Source of the DNA: an uncultured bacterium
Lineage (GTDB): Bacteria > Verrucomicrobiota > Lentisphaeria > Victivallales > UBA1829
Reading direction: 5' to 3'
Assembly: GCA_902780135.1 (NCBI GenBank)
Contig: CACZEK010000003.1
Coordinates: forward strand, 65,560-129,559
DNA length: 64,000 nt
The translations under genes were made by a program, and so were the position numbers. This document shows positions 37,238 through 45,417 of this stretch, one piece after another (within the stretch, counting starts at the first letter, position 1; the number at the start of each line of letters is the position of its first letter). Below the pieces are notes generated by a model that did no database searches, had not been told where the DNA came from, and saw only the letters and a list, made by a program, of their open reading frames with translations.

Positions 37238-38029
37238 TCAGCGGCCTCCCTCGCCGCCGCCGATGAAGCGCGTGGAGTCGCGGAGCGTGTGGCGCAGGCG
37301 GCGGCATTCGGAGCACATGAAGAGGTCGAGTCCGAGGATGTCGGTGAACTTGTCGGACATGGAGAGTTCGGCGAATCCGCCGACTTCGACGAGCACGGTC
37401 TCCTCGGAGTTGTCGGCGACCATGACGGCGGGCCCGCGGAGGATGTCGATGCGGACCAGGGAGTTTTCGGGCAGGACCAGGTGGTTGACGAGCTCGGTGC
37501 TGTTGCTGAACGCCAGCCCGATTCCGGTGCGGAAGATGCTGTGGGTGATGCTGCGGTAGTACGCGGTGGAGCCGTGGATGGTGGCGGCGCCGACCGCGTC
37601 GCCGACGACCTCGCGGGCGTACATGGCGCCGTCGATGGAGACGCTGTAGCGGAGCGCGGTCACGGGCATTTGGTTGTGCAGGAAGATGTCGTTGATGGCG
37701 AAGAGCTCGCGCCCGTTCGCGCGCCCGGAGAGCTTCGGCAGCCGGGTCGTCTTCAGTTCGCCCGCGAAGAACGCGTCGAGCTGGGTGTCGAGTCCGTGCG
37801 CCGGGCAGCGCGGCGCGGTGGCGGCGTCGCGCACCGGGTATTTCAGGCGGCCGGGCCAGCGGAGCTCGGCGGTGAAGAGCGTGCCGTCGCCGCCGCAGGG
37901 CATGATGAGGTCGGCCTCGCCGGGGTCGTCCGTGAGGTGCGCGCCGCGGCGTTTCAGGTCGTCGCGCAGCGCTTCGGTGTGCTGTCCGAAGAGGAAGAAC
38001 TTCCAGTCTTTGCCGGGTTGAACGTTCAT
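37238..38029 (-). CDS. nadK: NAD(+) kinase family protein
   Basis: GGDGT motif, AINDI, GD....T.HGSTAY. Confidence 0.8.
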   Translation of the reverse strand: MNVQPGKDWKFFLFGQHTEALRDDLKRRGAHLTDDPGEADLIMPCGGDGTLFTAELRWPGRLKYPVRDAATAPRCPAHGLDTQLDAFFAGELKTTRLPKLSGRANGRELFAINDIFLHNQMPVTALRYSVSIDGAMYAREVVGDAVGAATIHGSTAYYRSITHSIFRTGIGLAFSNSTELVNHLVLPENSLVRIDILRGPAVMVADNSEETVLVEVGGFAELSMSDKFTDILGLDLFMCSECRRLRHTLRDSTRFIGGGEGGR

Positions 38030-38033
38030 GGCG

Positions 38034-38540
38034 TCATCTCCTTGGATGGTCTTCGAGGAATTTCGCGGCCGCGGCGTACAGGACGACCGCCGCGCAGTTG
38101 CCCACGTTGATCGACGCCTTCTCGCCGAACATCGGCAGGCCGACCGTCGCGTCGGCGGCTTCCAGCGCCTCGGGCGAGATCCCGAGCGCCTCGTTGCCGA
38201 AGATCAGCGCGACCGGGAAACGGTACGGATACCGCCACGCGTCGACGGATTCCGGGAGCGGTTCAACCGCGAGGACCTCGATGCCGGGCGTCTCCTCGCG
38301 GAGCGCGCGGATGGCGTCGAGCGCGGTCGGGAACGACCTGCTCGGGACCATCGTGTCCGCGCCCATGGCGGTCTTCGCGAGCTTCGGGTGGGGAGGGCAG
38401 GGCGTGTAGCCGCAGCAGATCACCTCTTTCGCGCCGAGCGCCTCCGCCAGACGGAAGATGTTGCCGGTGTTGTGCGCGCTGCGGAGACGGTCCAGGACGA
38501 CCGTGATTTGGGGCGCGTCCGTCTTTGCCGCCGGAATCAT
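38034..38540 (-). CDS. TrmH/SpoU family RNA 2'-O-methyltransferase
   Basis: VVLDRLRSAHNTGNIFR, IFGNEALGI, LPMFGEKASINVG; ATGA overlap with the helicase stop. Confidence 0.92.
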   Translation of the reverse strand: MIPAAKTDAPQITVVLDRLRSAHNTGNIFRLAEALGAKEVICCGYTPCPPHPKLAKTAMGADTMVPSRSFPTALDAIRALREETPGIEVLAVEPLPESVDAWRYPYRFPVALIFGNEALGISPEALEAADATVGLPMFGEKASINVGNCAAVVLYAAAAKFLEDHPRR

Positions 38541-40204
38541 CTGCGTCTGCCCCGTCCGCCGCCGCGATGGGGGCGTCCGCCGCCGGATCCGCCGTGGCGG
38601 CGGTTCATGCGGGCGCGTTCCTCGGGCGGGAGTTCGCGTGTCTTTTCGGGGAGCTCCAGCCATTCCTGCGGCGGCTGGACGGTCTTGATCTCGCACTTGG
38701 TGTACTGTTCCAGCTGGGGCAGCACGAACGAGCCGAACTCGTCGGCGAAGCTGATGCTGATGCCGTGTTCGCCGGCGCGCCCGGTGCGGCCGATGCGGTG
38801 CACGTAGTCGTCCGCCTGTTCGGGCAGGTCGTAGTTCACGACGTGGCTGATGCCGTCCACGTGGATGCCGCGCGCGGCGACGTCGGTGGCGACGAGGATG
38901 CGCGTTTTGCCCTCGCGGAAGCGGTCGAGGATCTTCAGGCGTTTTTCCTGCGGCACGTCGCCGGACAGGAGCTCGGCGTCCTCGCCGTATTCGAAGAGGC
39001 GCGCGGCGACCGCCATGTTCTTGTCCTTGCGGTTGCCGAAGATGATCATGCGTTCAGGCTTCTCCTCGTGGATGACGTGCAGGAGCACCGCCATCTTCTG
39101 TTCGTCCAGCACGGCGTAGAACCGCTGGTCGATGAGGTCGGTCACGATGTGCTGCGGCTCGGACTCCACGAATTCCGGGTCCTTCATCCAGGAGTCGACC
39201 AGGCGCAGCACGGCGGGTTCGAGCGTGGCGCTGAAGAGCATGGTCTGGCGGACGCCGGGGCGCGGCAGGTGGTAGACGATGCGGCGGACGTCCGGGATGA
39301 ACCCCATGTCGAGCATGCGGTCCGCCTCGTCGATCACGAGGACTTCCGCCTTGGAGAGGTCCAGGTCGCCGCTCTGCGAATAGTCGATGATGCGGCCCGG
39401 CGTGCCGACGAGGATGTCGACGGGCGCGTCGAGTTCGCGGCGCTGTTTTTCGTGGTCCATGCCGCCGAAGATGACGACGCAGTTCAGGTCCGTGAACCGG
39501 GCGAGCGCCTCGGCGTCGTCGTGGATCTGGATCGCGAGTTCGCGGGTCGGGGCGAGGACCAGGGCGCGCGGCGCGCCGTGCTTGCGTTCGCCTTCGACCG
39601 GACGGCGGCAGAACCGCGTGATGAGCGTGGAGAGGAACGCGGCGGTCTTGCCGGTCCCGGTCTGCGCCTTCGCGGCGAGGTCGCGTCCGGCGAGCGCGTA
39701 GGGCAGGCAGAGCTTCTGGATCTCGGTGCAGTAGAGGAATCCGAGGACCTGGACGGCGGCGAGCACTTCCTGCGAGAGTTCGAGGTCGCAGAACCGCATC
39801 TTGCCGGGTTCCTCCGGCGGCGGCACGATGGCGGGCATCGGCGGGATCTGCCGGGGCTGTTTCTGCTTCTGCGCGGGCTGCTGCGCCTGTTTCGGCTGTT
39901 TCGGCTGCTTCGCCTGTTTCGCCTGGTCCTGCGGCTGTTTTGCCTGCTTCGGCTGTTTCTGCTTGCGGGACTGCTGTTTCGCCTGGGGGGCGTCGTTTTT
40001 TTCGCCGCGGACGGGAGCCGGACGGCTGTCGGCGCGCCGGATGTACGCGGCGTCCTCGGGATGCCGCTGGCGGCGGCGTTTCTTGTCATGCTTGCGGACG
40101 GGTGACGCCGCCTGCGCCTGCTCCTGTTGTTTCGGGGAGCCGGAGATGGCGGTTTTCAGGTTTCTGATGAGGTTGCCGACGGATTTGGAGAGATGATTGA
40201 ACAC
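38537..40204 (-). CDS. rhlB: DEAD-box RNA helicase, RhlB-like
   Basis: AQTGTGKT, PTRELA, TPGR, IDEADRM, SAT, ATDVAARG, YVHRIGRTGR; long Q/K/P-rich N-terminal extension. Confidence 0.88.
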   Translation of the reverse strand: MFNHLSKSVGNLIRNLKTAISGSPKQQEQAQAASPVRKHDKKRRRQRHPEDAAYIRRADSRPAPVRGEKNDAPQAKQQSRKQKQPKQAKQPQDQAKQAKQPKQPKQAQQPAQKQKQPRQIPPMPAIVPPPEEPGKMRFCDLELSQEVLAAVQVLGFLYCTEIQKLCLPYALAGRDLAAKAQTGTGKTAAFLSTLITRFCRRPVEGERKHGAPRALVLAPTRELAIQIHDDAEALARFTDLNCVVIFGGMDHEKQRRELDAPVDILVGTPGRIIDYSQSGDLDLSKAEVLVIDEADRMLDMGFIPDVRRIVYHLPRPGVRQTMLFSATLEPAVLRLVDSWMKDPEFVESEPQHIVTDLIDQRFYAVLDEQKMAVLLHVIHEEKPERMIIFGNRKDKNMAVAARLFEYGEDAELLSGDVPQEKRLKILDRFREGKTRILVATDVAARGIHVDGISHVVNYDLPEQADDYVHRIGRTGRAGEHGISISFADEFGSFVLPQLEQYTKCEIKTVQPPQEWLELPEKTRELPPEERARMNRRHGGSGGGRPHRGGGRGRRR

Positions 40205-40270
40205 GGGAATAGAATGCGGGCGGGGGACTGCCCGGCCGGGGCGCCCCGCTGGAATGGTTTGAGGTTGGGA

Positions 40271-42214
40271 TTATTTCTGGCCGGTCAGGAGATTGATGTC
40301 GGTGTTGAGCAGGTCGAGGGAAGGTTTCTCTTCGAGGTTCAGGACCAGGTTGCGGACGTCGATCTCGTTCGATATGATGTACTTGCGGATGTCGCTGCAG
40401 TCGTTTTCGAGGAAGTCCAGGTAGGTGCGGAGCTTGAACATGCCGGGGAGGTGGCGGTAGGATTCGAGCTGGCTTTCGAACCGAGATGCGTCCGCGAGCG
40501 CGACGCTTGCGGTGTCGTATTTGTACGCCTCGGCCGCGCCGAGGATGCGGGTGGACTCGACCTTGGCGGATTCGACCGTGGTGATGCTGTATTCGTTCGC
40601 CCTGGAGATCATTTCCACGGCGTCCTCCTGCGCGCAGACGACGTCCTGGAACGCCCCAGCGACGTCGACGCTGCCGTTTTCGCCGTTCCCGATGGGCGGA
40701 TGCGCGTCGTGCATGTTGATGCCGACGAGCCTGATGCCGAGCCCGATGCGGTCGCACGCCTTCTGGATGCGGTCGTACAGGTTCACGGCGACCTGTTCGC
40801 GCCCGGAGGAGATGTCGGTGATGAAGTCGGTGCTGGCGAAATAGCGCGTTGCCTCCGCCTGGCCGACCGCGAGGAGCGTTTCCTTCACGTTGTCGAAGTT
40901 GAACGCGTAGTCGAACGGGTGTTCGGGGTCGGCGGTGTAGAAGACGGGGAGCGAGACTTCGAGGATGGACGCGAGCTGCGCGCCGGTCTTGCCCTGCTGC
41001 TTCACCGCCACGAGGAACTTGTTTTCATGCTGGTAGTTGTCGCCGGTCCAGAGGATGACCTTGGCGTTGCGGCCCGGATTCAGCACGGATCCGAGCGTGG
41101 CCTCCTGCACGTTTTTCACCGGGATGCGGAGGATCTTCTCGCACGGCCACGGCAATTTGAAGTGGATTCCGGCGTCGAGCGGCTGAGATTCGCGGTTCAC
41201 CGCGCCGAAGACCTCGCGGATGCCGATCTCGCCCGGAATGACCTCGGCGATGCACGTGAAGAGCCACAGGACCGCCGCCCAGACCATCAGCGCCGGGACG
41301 ATCGCCTTCCGCAGGACCAGGTAGATGCCGGTCCGCGAGATCTGGAACCCGAACTGGTAGTCCAGCGAATCCGAGATGTTCCGCACCACGCCGCCCGGCT
41401 CCGTGAAGATGGCGAGCAGACGGCTTTCGTACACCGGGCGGACTTCCTCCAGCGTGCGGGGGCGGTAGAACTCGATGATGAAGCTCACGAGGAGTTCGGC
41501 GGCGAGGATCGCGAGGACCCAGAAGACGATCTTCGTGAGCGGCGCGGCCCAGCCGGTCCTGCCGTAGTTGATGAAGAGCGCCGAGACCGCGCTCACGAAG
41601 AGCACGATGGCGAAGCAGATCAGCCAGCTGCCGACCGGACGCAGGCAGCGGAACTCGCGGATGCGGGACTGCCCGACCAGGAACACGCCCGTGAAGTAGG
41701 CGAAAAGCGCCGAGATCGCGCTCAGGAACGCCAGGTTGATCGGGTTCTTCGGCGTCAGCACGAGCGTGGCGGGATCCGCCGCGCCGAGCGTGGAGTGCCG
41801 CCAGAAATACCAGAACGCCGGGATGGAGAGCAGGAAGACGAGGAGCGAGACGGCGGACGGGATGTACTTGTTGAAGTTTTCGAGGGTGCGTTTGGCTGTG
41901 AACCGGACGTCCTCGCTCACATCAAGGATGGAGTTCACGTTGGATTTGCGCTGCTCCAGGATGAGCTTTTCCTGTTCCTCCTCCGCCATTTTTCGCAGAA
42001 ACGCGGAATGCACGAGGGCGCAGACCGAGAAGATGAAAGCCAGCGTGACCGGGTACAGCGCGAGCGTGAATGTCTCCATGCCCGCCCATTTCGTCGCCGG
42101 GCCCGCCACGATCACGACGAGCGCGAGGATGAAGGACAATCCGAGGGAGATGATGGCGATGCGCCCTGCGAGTCTGGCGCGTTCGATGGTGCCGCTGAGA
42201 TCGCCGTTTTTCAT
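40271..42214 (-). CDS. SPFH/band-7 (HflK-like) protein with a polytopic N-terminal membrane domain
   Basis: About 7 TM, then PGEIGIRE.FG...GIHFKLPWP, HPP...VAGAFQDVVCA, AEAY...F. Confidence 0.8.
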   Translation of the reverse strand: MKNGDLSGTIERARLAGRIAIISLGLSFILALVVIVAGPATKWAGMETFTLALYPVTLAFIFSVCALVHSAFLRKMAEEEQEKLILEQRKSNVNSILDVSEDVRFTAKRTLENFNKYIPSAVSLLVFLLSIPAFWYFWRHSTLGAADPATLVLTPKNPINLAFLSAISALFAYFTGVFLVGQSRIREFRCLRPVGSWLICFAIVLFVSAVSALFINYGRTGWAAPLTKIVFWVLAILAAELLVSFIIEFYRPRTLEEVRPVYESRLLAIFTEPGGVVRNISDSLDYQFGFQISRTGIYLVLRKAIVPALMVWAAVLWLFTCIAEVIPGEIGIREVFGAVNRESQPLDAGIHFKLPWPCEKILRIPVKNVQEATLGSVLNPGRNAKVILWTGDNYQHENKFLVAVKQQGKTGAQLASILEVSLPVFYTADPEHPFDYAFNFDNVKETLLAVGQAEATRYFASTDFITDISSGREQVAVNLYDRIQKACDRIGLGIRLVGINMHDAHPPIGNGENGSVDVAGAFQDVVCAQEDAVEMISRANEYSITTVESAKVESTRILGAAEAYKYDTASVALADASRFESQLESYRHLPGMFKLRTYLDFLENDCSDIRKYIISNEIDVRNLVLNLEEKPSLDLLNTDINLLTGQK

Positions 42215-42439
42215 AGTATTAGAACTCCATAATGCGGGGTGAAAAAACAAAAGGTATCTTTGAACTATACCTTAATTTTGAAAAAACTCAAGCGTGAAAC
42301 GTCTTTTTTTCGTCTTTTTTCCGTTTTCCGGTGGTTTTTTCCGGTTTCCGGGCTATATTGTGAAAGTCAATGCGGCTTTTGTTTTCCGTTTCCCGATCCG
42401 CCGCACGCATCCCGTTTCTTTCTTGCCGGAGTCCGCCCC

Positions 42440-43066
42440 ATGGAAAAAAACATCTCTGTCATGAACGATCTGCACAAGATCAATATCTCCAACGTCCTGA
42501 ATCCGTCCGCGCCGATGGAAAGCAACCTGGTGCAGGATATTCCGCAGACGCCGCCTCCGCCGCCCCCCGTTTCCAAACAGCTCTCCGAGGCGATGCAGCG
42601 GCGCGTGTCCGATTTCCGCCTCTCCCGGCGCGACCTGGCGGTGCGGATCGCGGAGTCCCTGGCGGGGATCGACTGCGAGATCGCGGAATCCGAGCGCAGG
42701 CTCCGGGAGCTCCGTCCGCGCAGGGACCACCTCGCGGCCATCGCCGCCGAACTGAACAAGGAGTCTCCGCTCGACGTCGACGGCGCCGCGACGCAGTCCC
42801 AGATCGCCGCGGAATCCCGCCGTCTTGACGAGCACCGGCTGAACGCCTGCCGCATGATCGCGGAGTCCGGCGCGACGACGCAGAGCATCCCGCTCCCGGC
42901 GCAAACCTCTTCGTTCGAAGGGATCGACTGGGGATCGGTCACGTTCGGCCAGCTCTGCCGCATCGGCTGGGGCGTGTTTTTCCCGGTCATCGTCACGGTC
43001 CTCCTGTCGTCGCTTCTGATCGGCGCCGCCGTCATCGCGGCTTTCAACGGGACCATCCGATGGTAA
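42440..43066 (+). CDS. Hypothetical coiled-coil protein with a C-terminal membrane anchor
   Basis: Pro-rich linker, heptad-rich middle, hydrophobic C-terminus; start uncertain (42440 or 42461). Confidence 0.65.
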   Translation: MEKNISVMNDLHKINISNVLNPSAPMESNLVQDIPQTPPPPPPVSKQLSEAMQRRVSDFRLSRRDLAVRIAESLAGIDCEIAESERRLRELRPRRDHLAAIAAELNKESPLDVDGAATQSQIAAESRRLDEHRLNACRMIAESGATTQSIPLPAQTSSFEGIDWGSVTFGQLCRIGWGVFFPVIVTVLLSSLLIGAAVIAAFNGTIRW

Positions 43067-43272
43067 AGCAGGCGGGACGGAAACGGAGCGGAGGCGGGAC
43101 CGGCCGCCGGAAACGCTCCGACTGCGTGGAGAATCCCGGCCTGAAACGGGACCAGGATTTCACCAGCTACGCGAAGCGCGCGCTGGCGTTCCGCAGGTTC
43201 TGGCTGTTTCTTCTGACCGCCGCGCTCGTGCTGATCGGGCTTGCGTCGGTCGTCCGCGCACGGTTCTTCTGA
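43060..43272 (+). CDS. Small basic membrane protein (70 aa)
   Basis: Overlaps the preceding stop; K/R-rich N-terminus and one TM. Confidence 0.5.
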   Translation: MVKQAGRKRSGGGTGRRKRSDCVENPGLKRDQDFTSYAKRALAFRRFWLFLLTAALVLIGLASVVRARFF

Positions 43273-43285
43273 CCGTTTCCCGTGC

Positions 43286-43690
43286 TCACGGAAGCGGGAT
43301 CGGCGCCAGGTACGTGAACGGCGCGAACGGGAGATTCCGCAGGACCGCGAATCCGATCACGATCGCGGCGACCGCGACCGCCACGGGGCGTTTCAGGGAG
43401 ATCCCCGGCTTCACGATCAGGACCGCCAGCATCGCGCACCCCGGGACCAGCAGCAGGTTGTTGTGCAGGCTCGCCTTCAGGTCGCCGTGCAGAAGGGCGG
43501 AAAGCGCGCGCGTCGCGCCGCATCCGGGGCAGTACAGCCCGGTCCACCGGTGAAACATGCACTTCGGCAGCCATTTCGCGCGGGGACTGCCCGGCGGCGC
43601 CAGCAGCAGGACGATGCACGCCGCCGCGCCCAGCGCGAGAAGCAGCCCGAGCGTGATCCATTCCTGTTTTGTGAAGGGCTTTTTGTTCAT
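43286..43690 (-). CDS. DUF2752 domain membrane protein
   Basis: CMFHRWTGLYCPGCGATRALSALLHGD...HN. Confidence 0.9.
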   Translation of the reverse strand: MNKKPFTKQEWITLGLLLALGAAACIVLLLAPPGSPRAKWLPKCMFHRWTGLYCPGCGATRALSALLHGDLKASLHNNLLLVPGCAMLAVLIVKPGISLKRPVAVAVAAIVIGFAVLRNLPFAPFTYLAPIPLP

Positions 43691-43706
43691 GGCGGGGGGG
43701 ACAGGT

Positions 43707-44186
43707 TCAGCTTAAAAGCTCCCTCAGGCCGGGCAGGATCAGCTCCAGAAAATGTGACAGGATGCCGCCTGAAGGCTCCGGCTGCTGATCGTAGAACACC
43801 AGCTGTATGATTCCCGGCAGGATGAGGATGCCGAGGAAGAGTCCGATCGCCGAAAGGATGATGGCGGTCCAGCTCCAGACTTTCCCGATGTGAGCCAGAC
43901 GCCGTGCGCCCTCGTAGTCGCCGCTGTGAAGCGTGTTGCTCGCAAGCACGGAGAAGACCAGCCCGATGAGGCCGAGCATCTGCGACAGGACGACCGCGAC
44001 GATGGCGAGCCCGAGCCCGCAGTCGAGCTTCGGCGGCGGGGCGGGGGATTCCGCGGGCGTTTCCGGTTCGGGCTGCGCGGGCGTTCCGGCGGGCGCGTTT
44101 CCCGGAGCCGTTTCCACCTTTTTCCCGCAGTTCGGGCAGAAAAAGGCGTCGGGCGGGAGCGGTTTGCCGCAGTGCATGCAGAACAT
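43707..44186 (-). CDS. Zinc-ribbon plus CD225/dispanin-like membrane protein
   Basis: FCMHCG...FCPNCG; LGLAIVAVV...GLIGLVFS......GDYEGARR. Confidence 0.8.
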   Translation of the reverse strand: MFCMHCGKPLPPDAFFCPNCGKKVETAPGNAPAGTPAQPEPETPAESPAPPPKLDCGLGLAIVAVVLSQMLGLIGLVFSVLASNTLHSGDYEGARRLAHIGKVWSWTAIILSAIGLFLGILILPGIIQLVFYDQQPEPSGGILSHFLELILPGLRELLS

Positions 44187-44216
44187 GGCGTTTTTCCTGT
44201 ATCTCCGCCGCCGGAC

Positions 44217-45122
44217 TTACGGCTGCAGGATTTCGGACAGGGCGCTGAAAATGGACGACCCGACGTTGCAGAGGAGCCCGATCCCGATGGAGATCCAGCA
44301 GAAGAGCTGGGCGTTGTCCGCGCTTTTCTTCGCCGCCTCGTAATCGCCGTTCTGGATGTGCTTGGAGACCTGCGACGCGAACACGATCGCCACGATGCCG
44401 GTCGGGAGGCAGCAGCAGAGCGTCGAGAAGATCGCGAATCCCATGTGGGAGTCGATGTCGGCGGGGTCGCCGGCGAATCCGCTTTCCTTCGTTTCGTTGC
44501 GGTCGCCGTCGCTGCCCCAGTGGATCTCCTGGCCGGAGCCCTTGAGCGGGTTCACGAATCCCGTGCCTTCGCCGGATTCGGGCGGGACCGGACCGTCTTC
44601 GACGACTGCCTCCACCGGCTCGGCACGCTGTTCGGATGCGGGGGCCTGTGCGGCGGGCTGCGCCGGTGCGGCCGCACTGCCGTCCTCTTTTTTCACCTCG
44701 GGTTCGTCATGGAAGACGGTCTTGCCGGAGTCCTTCAGCGGGTTCACGAATCCGGTCGGCGCGGCGGAGGGCGCGGCGGGTTCGCGGCTTGCGCTGATGC
44801 GGACGATGCCGCCGTCGTCCTTGCCGGAGAGGCTGAACTTCTTCTGCCCGGAATCGGAGAGGCTGAACTTCTTCTGCCCCGCGTCGGAGAGGCTGAACTT
44901 CTTCTGGCCGGAGCCGCCGGACAGGCTGAACTTGTCCCGGTCCGTGCCGACCGCGCTTTCCGAACGGTTCAGGTCGTTTTCCTTCGCGTAGTTCGGGAGA
45001 TTCTTGATGTCGCGCCCGGACCGTTCGTCGCCGTATGATTCGCCGCCGGACCGTTTCGTGCCGCAGGCGGGGCAGAACGCCGCGTCGTCCGGGATTTGTC
45101 TGCCGCAGTTTTTACAGAACAT
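44217..45122 (-). CDS. Zinc-ribbon plus CD225/dispanin protein with a repeat-bearing disordered linker
   Basis: FCKNCG...FCPACG; HMGFAIFSTLCCCLPTGIVAIVFASQV...GDYEAAKKSADNA. Confidence 0.9.
   Translation of the reverse strand: MFCKNCGRQIPDDAAFCPACGTKRSGGESYGDERSGRDIKNLPNYAKENDLNRSESAVGTDRDKFSLSGGSGQKKFSLSDAGQKKFSLSDSGQKKFSLSGKDDGGIVRISASREPAAPSAAPTGFVNPLKDSGKTVFHDEPEVKKEDGSAAAPAQPAAQAPASEQRAEPVEAVVEDGPVPPESGEGTGFVNPLKGSGQEIHWGSDGDRNETKESGFAGDPADIDSHMGFAIFSTLCCCLPTGIVAIVFASQVSKHIQNGDYEAAKKSADNAQLFCWISIGIGLLCNVGSSIFSALSEILQP
44825..44937 (-). repeat. Intragenic 30-nt tandem repeat encoding (K)KFSLS x4
   Basis: CGGAGAGGCTGAACTTCTTCTG at 44825, 44855 and 44885; variant at 44918. Confidence 0.85.
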
Positions 45123-45417
45123 TCCGATGCTCCTTCTCGTTTGATGCCAAAACAGTTTTTATACGCAGTATCATACCATGAAAACGGGAAAAATCAACCG
45201 GAAAACGGAAAAAAATGAAAAAAAGACGATGCGGCGGTTTCCGGCGCGCCCTTTTTCCGGCATGATGCGCCGCCGGACCGGGAAAAAACGGGAAACGCGG
45301 ATAAAATGCCCGCTTTTTTCAGTTTTGGAATTGCTTTTTCCGAAAAACGTGGTATCTTTTGCGATGACCTTTTTTCTTTTTAACAAAACATACTCTCCAC
45401 AAACGAAAGGAAATGAG

